Origin: Octopus vulgaris
Lineage: Eukaryota
Direction of reading: 5' to 3'
Length of the DNA stretch: 64,000 nt
NCBI GenBank assembly: GCA_951406725.2
Contig: OX597832.1
Location: forward strand, 496,001 to 560,000
The notes below the pieces were generated by a model. The model searched no databases and was not told the origin of the DNA. It saw only the letters and a program-made list of their open reading frames with translations. Made by a program: the position numbers and the translations under genes. Numbering within the stretch: position 1 is the first letter of the stretch; every line of letters begins with the position of its first letter. Positions 1-14,296 of the stretch are shown piece by piece.

Positions 1-156
1 ACATATATATATATACATATACATATATATATATACATATATATACATATATATATACATATATATACATATATATATACATATATATACATATACATAT
101 ATATATACATATACATATACATATATATATACATATATATATATATATACATATAC

Positions 157-207
<51 letters not shown>

Positions 208-342
208 CATATACATATACATATATATATATATACATATACATATATATACATATACATATATATACATATACATATATATATATACACATATATATAT
301 ATACACATATACATATATATATATATACACATATACATATAC

Positions 343-375
<33 letters not shown>

Positions 376-410
376 CATATACATATATATATATATATAC
401 ATATACATAT
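1..410. repeat. (TA)n/(TACA)n compound microsatellite
   Basis: Directly visible dinucleotide repeat with C interruptions. Confidence 0.97.
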
Positions 411-419
411 ATTATTGCC

Positions 420-1995
420 TTCAGCCGTCCGTTAATCTCTCTCTACTTCTTTTTAAAAAAACCCGCTTCTCTAGCCATGTCTCTTTCCTAAGCCGCTGCC
501 TACATCACCGACTCATCCCTAAAGGTTTCCGCCTCCACTTCCACCCTGCTCTCCACTCGGATTCTTCCATCTTACCCATACTCCGCACCACATCTTACCG
601 CCTTATGCGGGCCACCATTCGCTCCAATCTCTCTAAACTACATGCCATCAACCGCCTTCTTCCTCCTGCTTTCTCCACCTTCTTCTCCTCTCTGCCGCCT
701 CTCTATGCTCCAAACACGCTACGCTTCATTATCCATTTGAATCAACTCTTCCATCAATTTCTTTCTGATACCAAACTTCGTAAACTCCAATCACTCTTCC
801 ATTCCACCCTACCCGACGCCACTACCCCAACTCCTCCACCACCCTTCTCCCTCCCGATAGGCTCCATCCACCCACACCTAACCCCACTGCCCCTCCCTAC
901 AACCCCTTCTCCCCTCCCGTTAGGCTCCATCCACCTACACCTAACCCTACTGCCCCGCTCAACCACCCCCCACACCTCCCCAATCCCTCCCCCTCAGACC
1001 TCCACGAGACCTACCACCCCTCCTACTTCTATTCCACCCACCCCTTCTCCACTTCGGTCTGTTGTTACCATTCCCCCGATCTTCCCCTCTCTGCGGCTGA
1101 ACGCTCCGTCCTTGGTAGGGGTCTGCGTTTCATCCCCTCACTCCATCCTGTAAGGAATTCCAGACGCGAGTTGATGTCCACAGCTTTGTGCGCCGTGTCC
1201 GGTTGGGGGCGCATTACCACGACTCGCCACCCACACCCAACGAAGAGGACGACTGCTTCACTGGCCTGGGCCGCCGACCATCCCCGTGGACGCCTGCCCC
1301 TGGCCAGATCCTAGCAGTGGATCTTTTCGCGGGCGCTTGTCAGCGTGCATTGGAGCGGTTCAACTTCTCCAGGCGCCAACGCCGCCTCAACATCTCCCCG
1401 GCTGAGCTCTTGGCTCTTCGTTCCCTCCAACGGCGCGCTGACACTATCATCAAACCGGCTGAGAAGGGTGGAGCTGTAGTGGTGTGGCGCGCGGACCTCT
1501 ATAGGGCCGAGGCTTTCCGCCAACTCAATGACACCTCCTTCTATTCCCCTCTGCCCTCTAACCCCACACGTAGCTACCAACAGACGGTATCCTCTACTGT
1601 CCAAGACCTCATCTCGTCCTCCCGTCTCCCCCGCACCGCATCCAATCTAATTGTGCGAACCCCACGTACCCCCACCATTTACTTCCTCCCCAAAATCCAC
1701 AAACCCAACAACCCTGGCCGCCCCATCATCTCCGCCTGTAACTGCCCCACGGAGCTCATCTCTAAATACCTCGACCGTGTCCTTGCCCCCCTAGTGGCAT
1801 CTCTTCCCTCCCACATCCACGATACCAACCATGCTCTCCGGCTTTTCAACTCTTTCTCCTTTCCTCCCGGCTCCTCCAAAATCCTTTTTACTATGGACAT
1901 CCAAAGCCTCTATACTGTTATCCCTCACCACGAAGGACTGCAGGCCCTTCGACACTTTCTTGACCTCCGCTCTAACCCTGTACCTGACACCTCCA
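420..1995 (+). mobile_element. Penelope-like retroelement, N-terminal region and start of RT domain, cut by assembly gap
   Basis: PLE motifs IIKPAEKGGAVVVW (DKG motif), IYFLPKIHKPNNPGRPIISAC and LFTMDIQSLYTVIPH in ORF 1188-1995. Upstream [20 protein letters not shown] is recovered by single-C frameshifts near 1075 and 1135. Confidence 0.9.
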
Positions 1996-2095
1996 NNNNN
2001 NNNNNNNNNNNNNNNNNNNNNNNNNNNNNNNNNNNNNNNNNNNNNNNNNNNNNNNNNNNNNNNNNNNNNNNNNNNNNNNNNNNNNNNNNNNNNNN
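1996..2095. other. Assembly gap (100 N)
   Basis: Run of exactly 100 N; different elements on either side. Confidence 1.
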
Positions 2096-2490
2096 TGGAA
2101 GATCCTGGAAGGACTTGTCCAAAACTTTGGCATCGAGAGTTACACAAATACTAGAACTGGGCATCACTGCATAGTGCCAAGGACTCCAAATTTGCCATCA
2201 AGATGTAGGACAAGATATTGTGATAGCCTGGGCTTCAGAGGTCCACAGTTCTTCAATATCCACCTGAGAGACCTGCATGGGGTGGATGCAGATGTCTTTA
2301 AAATAAAACTGGATCTCTTCCTGTCAGGTGTCCCAGATGAACCAACTTCACGGCAGGAGGTGCAGATGAGGGCAGCTGCATCAAACTCTCTCATGCACCA
2401 AATGGCAATTGCTAAAAAGCATTCGTGAAGTAAAATCATGTAGCAACACCGAATGGCGGTGCCCCAGCATGGCCACAGCTCATGAGATGA
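2096..2490 (+). mobile_element. CR1-group LINE family A, 3' fragment
   Basis: C-terminal peptide [13 protein letters not shown]...[16 protein letters not shown]...RAAASNSL, shared with four other copies in the window. Confidence 0.88.
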
Positions 2491-2509
2491 TACTAGATAA
2501 AATGAACAT

Positions 2510-3108
2510 CTACCATTCCATGCTTGCATGGGATAGTCAGACTTTATTGAAGCAGAATTTCTATGGCCAGATGCCTTTGCTGTTGCCAACACTTACCTAA
2601 TTTCCATGTCAGATAATATTTCCTCTTGGTCAGATTTATACACTTGCACACCTACCTTTTCTATTCCTATATCCCTCTTCTCTCTCTTTCATAATCACCT
2701 TGCACCTTCACTATTTCACTTTCCCGAACCAGTGAAACTATACCATATATACTTTTTCAGAAATATACTCTCTTCCTGACTACCATACATCCTTCAATAC
2801 TATACCATCCACAGTTGAGGGATCTTATCTTGGCAATCTCATCAGGACATGAAATTAAAGCACCCAGTACACTGTAAAATGGTTGGCATAAGGAAGGGCA
2901 CTAAGCTGTTGAAATCATGCCAAAGCAGATATTGGAGCTCAGCTCAGCAGCACCCTCTGGTTTGTTGGTTCCTCTTGAACCATCCAACCCATGCTAGTAA
3001 GGGGCAAAGGGACATTAAATAACAATGGGCTTCTTTCAGCTTCCATCAACCAAATTCACTCACTAGGCTTTGGTTCACTCAAGGCTACTGTAGAAGACAC
3101 TTGCCCAG
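2510..3108. mobile_element. Old RTE 3'-tail fragments (about 2510-2600 minus, 2860-3025 plus) and a SINE fragment (about 3027-3108 minus)
   Basis: Degenerate matches to GGTTGGCATAAGGAAGGGCA...CCAACCCATGCTAG and to the SINE at 25454. Confidence 0.6.
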
Positions 3109-5044
3109 TTGTTGATATAAATACAATTAAAATAATGGAGCCAACTCAATTAAGAATATCTCTTGACATAAAAGAATATTTTGCCTAGGCAAAAGATTCT
3201 TTTAATTATCATTATAAATAATGATAATTATAAACAAATTGGTAATATCTTCTACAACCTTAGTCTTGAAACATCTGAATGAACTTATTTTGAGGGACAG
3301 TGACAGAAATACAAAGTTGTTAGTATAAGATTTAAGGGTATTGTATTTGATCATCACTTGTACAACCTTTTATTCTGTATGCCCAAGAAATAAACTTCAA
3401 TATTCAGTATTAGTTTTATCTGAATTAAGATTTTAATGTAATTACATAAGAAACATCTTAGCTTACTCAAATCTGACTCTTACAAGTTTAAAAAAATAGC
3501 AGCTAAATATCCCTCAGAATTACAACTTCACCATCTTGAAAAGAGAAGGGCACATTGAATAATGCAGTCTTAATTATGCAATGCCTGAAAGAATGATGGG
3601 ATGGTCACAGCTGGAACATTCTCTCAATCACAGTTAACTTGGGTAGGGTTCAACAACAACAAATATGTAGATAAGGTGAGATAGTCAAATACAAAATATT
3701 TGACAGAGGACAGGGGCATTGCAGAGCTAACATTTTATCTGAGCTTGTCAGGCAAAATTTATATTGCCTTTATATTAAGTTAAAGTGTGATCAGAAAGCC
3801 ACAAGAGGACTTGAAGGGAGTACAAAATTTATTAGAGAAAGTAGTATGGTTAATAAGGAAGTAGAACTAGGCAAATATGTTTAGGGAAAAAGGGAGAGAG
3901 GAACATAGAACAAGTCTTGTTGAAATAAACAAGTAATAGCAGTCAGAAGATAAAGTCTGGAAACAAGTTATGCTTTAAGCATTTTTAATTATACAAATTA
4001 AAATTAATTAAATATTTTCACTAACTTTTAAGTCTTGAAATAGATTTTGAACTGTTTCAGTAGAGTAATAAGTTTTTATTTTAGGAGATAAGTTGGTATC
4101 TGTGATTATTTATTTTATGAACAAAAATAAGAAGGATTAAAAAAAAAAATCAAGTATTTATATATAATGTGTAAACAAATTTAAATGCACTGTCCAATAA
4201 ATTGCTGGTTGACTTAGCTCACCTAATCTAGGTATCAATAGCAATCCCTACAATCTGTATCATGTCTTAACTTGTCAGTGGCTGCTGAAGTTTATCCAAC
4301 AATTTTCATCTACAAAGATAAACATTAGCTGATAAAAGACTATAATCATTGACATTGTGTCAAACATAATCAATGATTAATAGTAAACTCTAAACAACTT
4401 ACTTTGACCTTATACTAAAGAAAACTTCAAGAGTTTACTTTACAACAGTTTGGTTAGTGAAAAAATATTTAAATGAATTATTAAGGAAAGAATTTGATTT
4501 AGAATGAATTTTCAGAATGTTACATAAAAACTAATTTTTTGATCTTGTATACCATTATCATAATCACACATCATTAATCTTAGCCTAAAATATCCCATTT
4601 AAATGAAAGACAGAAAAATATTTACTTTCAGTTGCAACAACTATAATTTCTAGGTAAATAAGATTGGCGGCAGGGGATTAGATAACATCTTCATAATAGA
4701 GTGAGGTTGGAGAGAATATATTTATGAACTTCAAAACTTTACAAAATATTTGAAGAGTTGATAGATATGTTGATAGATATGTTGTGAATATTATTAACTT
4801 AAGATCATTAAACATTCAAGGAAAACAATTTTATTGAATGACATGCACACAATTTTTCAAAACATTTCCCTGTTCAGAGCTTGTTTAAATCGTCACATCT
4901 TTTCTAGTTTGTTCACATGTCTAATATGGAACAATCTTGACTAGTTGGTAAAGAAAATCAAAATAAATTCTTCTTGATAGGCAAGATTTTAACCACCCGT
5001 TTTCTTAATAGTTTAAACAAGGTCATCTTCTGAATGTCTCAAAA

Positions 5045-5568
5045 TGTGCAGCATATGAGCTACTGGGAAAGACTCAAGAGATTAAAGCTCTATTCCCTGG
5101 AGCGTAGGCGAGAAAGATATGCCATAATATATATCTGGAAGATCCTGGAAGGTCTTGTCCCAGACTTTGGCATCGAGAGTCACACAAACGCCAGAACCGG
5201 ACGCCATTGCGTAGTACCGAGGACTCCAAATTTGCCATCAAGATGTAGGACAAGATATTGTATAGCCTGGGCTTCAGAGGCCCACAGCTCTTCAATGTCC
5301 TCCCGAAGAACCTGAGGGACCTGCATGGTGTAGATGCGGATGTCTTTAAAGTAGGACTGGATCTCTTCCTGTCAGGTGTCCCGGATGAACCAACTTCACG
5401 GCAGGAGGTGCAGATGAGGGCAGCTGCATCGAACTCTCTCATGCATCAGATGGCGTTTGCTAAAAAGCATCCGTGAGGTAAACCCGTGTAGCAAACCAAA
5501 TGGCAGTGCCCCAGCATGGCCACAGCTCATTAGCTGAAACTGGAAAAATCAAAATCAAAATCAAAATC
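5045..5568 (+). mobile_element. CR1-group LINE family A, 5'-truncated copy with (AAAATC)n tail
   Basis: [32 protein letters not shown] peptide; 3' end TGGAAAAATC(AAAATC)3. Confidence 0.9.
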
Positions 5569-6440
5569 ATATGTATATATATTATATATATATGTATATA
5601 TATGTATATATATATATGTATGAATTTTATATATATATATATATTTTATATATATATATAATATTTTTTTTAAAATTATTTTTTAATTATTTTTTTATTA
5701 TTTTTTTAAATTTTTTTTTTTAATTTTTTTTTATTTTTTTATTATTTTTTTTTTATTTTTTTATTATTTTATTATTTTTTTATTTTATTATTTTTTTATT
5801 ATTTTTTAATTTTTTTATATTTATATTTTTTTATTTTTTTTTTTTATATATATATATATATTTTATTGTTTTATTTATTTTTTTTTTTTATTTATTTATT
5901 TATTTATTTATACATTTTTATATTTTTTTATATTTATTTTTTTTTATATTTTTTTATTTTTTTTATTTTTATTTTTTATATTTTTTTATTTTTTATATTT
6001 TTTTATATTTTTTTATTTTTTATATTTTTTTATTTTTTAATTTTTTTATTATTTATTTATTTATTTATTTATTTTTATTTTTTTTTTTAATTTTTTTATT
6101 TATATTTTTATTTTTTTTTTTTTTTTATTTATATTTTTATTTTTTATTTTTTTTTATTTTTTTATTTTTTATTTTTTTATTTTATTTTTTTATTATTTCT
6201 TTATATTTTTTTATTTTCTGAAGATTTCTCTTGAATGAAACAGTTCTAGTCCTGTAGAAGCTCCTTCTATATAATAAATTAATTTTACTCTGCTATGTAT
6301 TGAGTACCTTATTTACTGTGGTTAACCCCGAATCAACCCGGGACCTAATATATATATATATAAAAATAAAAATGAAAAAAAAAATAAAAAAATTAAAAAA
6401 TATAAAAAATAAAAAAATATAAAAAAATATAAAAATAAAT

Positions 6441-6472
<32 letters not shown>

Positions 6473-6869
6473 ATAATAATAAAAAAAAAATAAAAAAATA
6501 AAAAATATATATATATAAAAAAAAATTAAAATAATAAAAAATACCCTAACCCTAACCCTAAAATAATAAAAAATAAAAAAATAATAAAATAATAAAAAAA
6601 TAAAAAAAAATAAAAAAAAATATATAAAAAAAATAAAAATAAAAAAATATTAAAAAAAAATAAAAAAATTAAAAAAATAAATAAATAAATAAAAAAATAA
6701 ATAAATAATAAAAAAATATAAAAATATAAAAAAAAAATAAATAAAAATAAAAAAATATAAAAATATAAAAAAATATAAATAATAATAAAATAAAAAATAA
6801 AAAAAAAAAAAAAAAAAATAAAAAAATATAAAAAAATATATAAAAAATAAAAAAAATATATATAAAAAA

Positions 6870-6904
<35 letters not shown>

Positions 6905-7492
6905 AAAAAAAAATAAAAAAAAATAAAAATAAAATAAAAATAAAAATAAAAAAAAATATATAAATAAAAATAAAAACATAAAATAATAAAAAATAAATAA
7001 ATAAAAAAATAAAAAAATAATTAAAAAATGATAAAAAAATAATAAAAAAATATAAAAAAAAATAAAAAAATAAAAAAGTATATAAAAAAAAAATTAAAAA
7101 ATATAAAAATATAAAAAATATAAAAATAAAAAAATAAATAAATAAATAAATATAAAAAAATAAAAAATATATATATATGTAAAATAAAAAAAAATAAATA
7201 AATATAAATATAAAAAAATTAAAAAAATATAATAATAAAATAGAAAAATAAAATAAAAAAATAATAAAAAAATAAAAATAATAAAAAAAATAAATAAATA
7301 AATAATAAAAAAAAAAAAAAAAAAAAAATAAAAAAAATAAAAATAAAAAAATAAAAAAATTAAAAAATATAAAAAAATAAAAAATATATATAATATATAT
7401 ATATATAATATATATATATTAAAAATAAAAATAAATAAAAATAAAAAAAAAAATAAAAATAAAAAAAATAAAAATAAAAATAAAAATAAATA

Positions 7493-7526
<34 letters not shown>

Positions 7527-7530
7527 TTTT
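5569..7530. repeat. Low-complexity T-rich then A-rich tract, possibly mis-basecalled (TA)n
   Basis: Irregular T/A homopolymer runs unlike the clean microsatellites elsewhere in the window. Confidence 0.8.
6214..6260 (+). ncRNA. Type I hammerhead ribozyme-like motif in a PLE pseudo-LTR fragment (to about 6347)
   Basis: CTGAAGA (6218-6224), short stem II, GAAA (6237-6240), stem III ACAG/CTGT, GTA triplet, stem I TTTT/GAAG with wobbles. Confidence 0.6.
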
Positions 7531-7742
7531 GTACTTGTTTCAGTCATTTGACTGCGGCCATGCTGGAGCACCGCCTTTAGAGTGGTGAAAGAGTACAGCA
7601 GGGATCACCACCTCCTGCCGGAGCCTCGTGGAACTTTTAGGTGTTTTTTTCGCTCAATAAACACACACAACGCCCGGTCTGGGAATCGAAACCGCGATCA
7701 TCCGACCGCAAGTCCGCTGCCCTAACCACTAGGCCATTGCCT
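7531..7742 (-). mobile_element. Chimeric tRNA-derived SINE: head of the 13994 family plus tail of the 25454 family
   Basis: Minus strand has A box TGGCCTAGTGG and B box GTTTCGATTCC, then switches near 7580 to CTAAAGGCGGTGCTCCAGCATGGCCGCAGTCAAATGACTGAAACAAG. Confidence 0.8.
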
Positions 7743-7816
7743 ATATATATATATATATTTTTTATTTTTTTGTTTTTATTTTTTATTATTTCTTATATAT
7801 AATATATATATATATA

Positions 7817-9424
<1,608 letters not shown>

Positions 9425-11103
9425 TGATTTTGATTTTGATTTTGATTTTTCCAGTTTCAGCTAATGAGCTGTGGCCATGCTGGGGCACTGCCATTTGGTT
9501 TGCTACACGGGTTTACCTCACGGATGCTTTTTAGCAAACGCCATGTGATGCATGAGAGAGTTCGATGCAATTTCCCTCATCTGCACCTCCTGCCATGAAG
9601 TTGGTTCATCCGGGACACCTGACAGGAAGAGATCCAGTCCTACTTTAAAGACATCCGCATCTACACCATGCAGGTCCCTCAGGTTCTTCGGGAGGACATT
9701 GAAGAGCCGTGGGCCTCTGAAGCCCAGGCTATCACAATATCTTCTCCTACATCTTGATGGCAAATTTGGAGTCCTTGGTACTACGCAATGGCGTCCGGTT
9801 CTGGCGTTTGTGTGACTCTCGATGCCAAAGTCTGGGACAAGACCTTCCAGGATCTTCCAGATATATATTATGGCATATCTTTCTCGCCTACGCTCCAGGG
9901 AATAGAGCTTTAATCTCTTGAGTCTCTCCCAGTAGCTCGTATGCGACACAGAGGCTATCTTCTTCGTGTAGCTTCGTTGGATCACCTCTGTGATCAACTT
10001 GACACTGGATGGTGACCATAGCTGAGAGCAATAGTCAAAGTGGCTTAGGACAAGTGTCTTCCAGAGGACCATCATGGTTTCTTGTTCTCTTGTTCTAAAG
10101 GTTCTAAGAATCCATCCAGCCAGCCGTCTGCATTTCATTGTCAGTTTAGCAACATGTATGAATACCCAGGTCACGCATTGATTGTGCCTCTGGGATTGCA
10201 ATCCCTCCGGGTCCGGTGTATTCATTGGGTATTGCATTCAGTTTTGCATGCTGATAGTATAAAGCTTGAAACTTTTCAGCATTGAACTGCATGCTATTCT
10301 TTTCAGCCCACTTGTATATTTCGTCCAGCTCACATTGCAGGTGCTTAGTGTCTTCAGTGTTCTGTATTGCCTGTGAAACTTTTGTATCATCTGCATAACT
10401 TGTGATCGTGGCTGAGGGCATGTCTGAGAGGGCCATTATCAACAGTAGTGGTCCCAAAACAGTGCCCTGTGGAACACCGCTCACTATTTGGGTGCTAATG
10501 GAAGCCCCATTGGCTGCTACCACCTGACTTCTATTCTTCAGAAAGTCTTGAAGCCATTCTCCTAGTTTTCCAAGATCACGCAGTTTGTGACATATCATTC
10601 CATGATCGACTTTATCGAAGGCCTTTCCGAAGTCGAGATATATGACTTCCACATTTGAGTGGTTGAGCAGTTGTTTCAGCACCCAGTCATAGTGCTGCAG
10701 GAGCTGAGTTAAGCAGCTTCTTCCTGGTCGGAAACCATGTTGGGTGTCAGGCAGCAAGTCATTTTCTTCAAGGAAGGTGATTAGTTTCCTTCTGAGTATT
10801 CGTTCCATGACCTTGCTGATGTGTGAGGTCAGAGAGATAGGTCTGTAGTTCTTGGCCTCCGCTCTGCTACCTCCTTTATGAATAGGGCATATTTTACCTT
10901 CCTTCAGTTTTCTTGGAAGTTTGCCAGCTGCAAGGAAGCTCTGAAAGAGGAGCTGCAGTGGTCTTGCTAGGACTCCCTTACATACTTTTAGGAGGATTGT
11001 CGGGAATCCATCGGGGCCAATAGCTGAGTCTGTTTTCATTTCTTCCTTTATTACATCGTCTTCCTTTATATCGATGTAATTTATCGTCGCCGCCTCTGAT
11101 TCT
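9425..11103 (-). mobile_element. CR1-group LINE family A, RT domain to 3' tail
   Basis: [65 protein letters not shown]; same (AAAATC)n tail as the 5045 copy; small deletions and a frameshift. Confidence 0.93.
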
Positions 11104-11221
11104 ATATATATATAAATATATATATGCATACATATACATATATATACATATATATATAAATATATATATGTATACATATACATATATAGATAATATACAC
11201 ATACATATATGCCAGTATTAT

Positions 11222-12510
11222 ACGATGGATGTGTAATGTCAGTATGCATATTCGACAGAGTGTAAGTACCTTGAGAGAAAAGTTGGACTTCAGGAGCAAT
11301 AAACACTGAAAATGTGCAGAGAACATCTTCCACTACATTCTAGGGAGAAAAACTAGAAGTAGTTGATAGCTTCCATTACCTAGGTGACCTAGTCAGTAGC
11401 AGGTGAGGGTGCGCTGAAAGTGTAGCTGCTAGATTAAAAATAGCCTGTACAAAGTTCAGAGAGCTCTTACCTCTGCTGGTGACAAAAGGCCTCTCGCTCA
11501 GAGTAAAATGTATGACTGTATGATGCATGTGTACGAACAGCCATGGTACACGGCAGTGAAACATGGGCCGTGACTGCTGAGGACATGCGTAAGCTCACAA
11601 GGAATGAAGCCAGCATGCTCCAATGGATGTGTAATGTGAGTGTGCATACTCGACAGAGTGTAAGTACCTTGAGAGTAAAGTTGGACCTAAGAAGCATCAG
11701 ATGTGGTGTGCAAGAGAGACAACTGTGCTGGTATGGTCATGTGGCAAGAATGGATGAGGATAGCTGTGTGAAAAAGTGCCACACCCTAGCAGTTGCAGGA
11801 ACCTGTGGAAGAGGTAGACCCAGGATGACCTGGGATGAGTTTTCGAACATTAGGCATCACCGAAGCAATGACTAGTGACCAAGACTTTTGGAAATATGCT
11901 GTGCTTGAGAAGACTCAGCAAACCAAATGAGATCATAACATCGTGGTCTATACCAGGGGTGTAACCAGCCCACTTATGCATACCCTACCTTCATTAGACA
12001 CTAAACTCTGTTTGCGAAGATCTGTTGAGGTAAGTGAAATCGAAATCAAATTCGATGACTGGCATCGGTTCTAGTAGAGCACTAAGAGCACCATCCGAGC
12101 GTGATCGTTACCAAAGCGGGTAACTGGCTTCTGTGCCGGTGAGACATAAAATGCACCATTAGAGAGTGATTGTTACCAGCGACGCCTTACTGGCACTTGT
12201 GCTGGTGGCATGTGAAGAAAAATTCGAGCGAGGTCGTTGCCAGTGCCACTGGACTGGCACCTATGCAGCTCGCACGTACATAACAACATTTGAGCGTGAC
12301 CATTGCCAAAACCGCCTGACAGGCACGCGTGCCGGTGGCATGTATAAACCACGTTCACACTCTCGAAGTGGTTGGCATTAGGAAAGGCATCAAGCTCTAA
12401 AAATTCTGCCAGAACAAGATTAGTGATTGGTGCAGCAATCTGGTTCACCAGTCCTCAGTCAAATTGTCCAACTCATGCTCCCATGTGGAAAGCGGATATT
12501 CAATTATGAT
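11222..12510 (+). mobile_element. RTE-clade LINE 3' portion; short duplicated piece at about 11222-11300 precedes the main fragment from about 11335
   Basis: MVHGSETW...RNEASMLQWMC...WYGHVARMDE...GRGRPRMTWDE, a typical RTE C-terminus, followed by a structured 3' UTR. Confidence 0.88.
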
Positions 12511-12532
12511 ATATATACGTATATATATATAC

Positions 12533-12704
12533 ACGGCCGAAACAGCTGTCAGCTACAATGTAAATGTATTTCTATGTCTTGTTATATTTGTACTATATTA
12601 ATGTATAATATCATTGCTATTATGTAGTGGTCTAATAAAGTATTGATTGGGTATTATCTGAGAGTTGATGATTGATTTAGATATATTTCTCCATTTTCTC
12701 ATTT

Positions 12705-12705
<1 letters not shown>
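12533..12705 (+). mobile_element. PLE pseudo-LTR fragment beginning with the 3' half of a hammerhead
   Basis: GGCC-GAAAC-AGCT-GTC at 12535-12550; the 5' half is replaced by (TA)n; (TA)n on both sides. Confidence 0.55.
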
Positions 12706-12752
<47 letters not shown>

Positions 12753-12761
12753 TATATACAC

Positions 12762-13313
12762 AAACCTTCTTGTGACACTTGTGAAGGCCTGTTGAGGCAA
12801 GTGAAAATCAAATCAAATCAAAACAAATCAAAATAGATGAACATCAATGGAATTTGTATCTTTGTGGTACCAGTGCCGGTGGCACACAAGAAAACCATCC
12901 GAACGTGGCCGTAGCCAGTACCACATCGACTGGCCTCCGCGCTGTGGGCACGTAACAAACACCATCCGATCGTGGCCGTTCGCCAGCCTCATCTGGCACC
13001 TGTGTCGGTGGCACATAAAAACACCATCCGAGCGTGGCCGTCTGCCAGCCTCGTCTGGCACCTGTGTCGGTGGCACATAAAAAAAAACACCATCCGAGCG
13101 TGGCTGTTCGCCAGCCTCGTCTGGCACCTGTGTCGGTGGCACATAAAATCACCCACTACACTCTCGGAGTGGTTGGCGTTAGGAAGGGCATCCAGCTGTA
13201 GAAACACTGCCAGATCTGACTGGCCTGGTGCAGCCTTCGGGCTCCCCAGACCGCAGTTGAACCGTCCAACCCATGCTAGCATGGAAAGCAGACGTTTGAT
13301 GATGATGATGATG
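12762..13313 (+). mobile_element. RTE LINE 3' UTR fragment with internal tandem units and (GAT)n tail
   Basis: Homologous to 12010-12510 and 27850-28163; ends CCATGCTAGCATGGAAAGCAGACGTTT(GAT)n. Confidence 0.85.
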
Positions 13314-13715
13314 AATATGTACGTATATATATACATATTCATATATAAATATATACATATACATATATACACATATACAGATATATATACACATACATAT
13401 ATATGCATATATATATATATATACACATACATATTATATATACATAAATATACATATATATACATAAAAATACATAAAAATACATATATATACATATACC
13501 TATATACATTTACATATATACATATACATATATACCTATATATATACACATATATACATATACATATATACCTATATATATACATATGTATATACATAAT
13601 ATACATACACGTATATATATACATAAATATACATACATATACGTATATACATATACATACAGATACATATATATATATATAATCAAAATAAGCAACAAGA
13701 AAATCTTCGGTAATT

Positions 13716-13799
13716 TGGTATGATCGTTTCACGCTACATTATTTTATCAAACATTGTAAGTATTACAACAGTTTTAAAATGTTGAGCAATCATCAGCCA
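13716..13799 (-). ncRNA. Type I hammerhead-like motif with long stem II in a stand-alone pseudo-LTR island (about 13683-13910)
   Basis: Minus strand: TGG-CTGATGA-[TTGCT...ACATT...AATGT AGCGT]-GAAAC-GATC-ATA-CCA. Cleavage triplet is ATA (GTA expected; consistent with CpG decay). Confidence 0.65.
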
Positions 13800-13993
13800 T
13801 TTATAGAGGTTTTCCATCAATACATATACTTATTTTCATGTTACTTGATAACATTTGAAAGAGGGTAGATATATAGACAGAGATGTTGATTTGAATGTTA
13901 AGAACATATATATACTATATATATATATATACATATACACATATATATACGCGTACATATACAGATATACATTTATATATGCATACAAATGTA

Positions 13994-14296
13994 GAGGGGC
14001 AATGTCCCAGTGGTTAGGGCAGCGGACTCGCGGTCGTAGGATCACGGTTTCGATTCCCAGACGGGGCGATGTGAGTGTTTATTGAGCGAAAACAGCTAAA
14101 ACTTCCACGAAGCTCCGGCAGGGGGTGGTGATCTCTGCTGTACTCTTTCACCACTCTTTCTCTTACTCTTTCGTCTGTTGGCCTGCTTGCTTAGCCAGTG
14201 GGGTGGCATAATTTGATGGCTAAAGCAATGTGAACGCATTATGACCAGCGATGTGTAGCAACATCTGATGGTCTGGTCGGTCACGTAATCACGTGA
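13994..14296 (+). mobile_element. tRNA(Arg)-like SINE, near full length (octopus OR-type by resemblance)
   Basis: A box TGTCCCAGTGG, anticodon-arm-like GACTCGCGGTC, B box GTTTCGATTCC, non-tRNA body. Confidence 0.82.

Noticed and set aside
4223-4309. Minus-strand exon with TTTGTAG acceptor and GTGAGC donor
   Set aside because: Stops in all three frames; cannot be supported as coding without RNA data.
12871-13150. CRISPR-like repeat array
   Set aside because: Eukaryotic context, no cas genes, variable parts are only short loops, and the array lies within an RTE 3' UTR.
12961-13150. HDV-like or pistol ribozyme in the tandem units
   Set aside because: A P3/L3-like CCA-TCCGAGCG-TGG is present, but no P1/P1.1 or pistol P2 could be built by eye.
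13994-14070. Functional tRNA-Arg gene
   Set aside because: Acceptor stem is not intact and the sequence continues into a SINE body also seen at 7580-7742.
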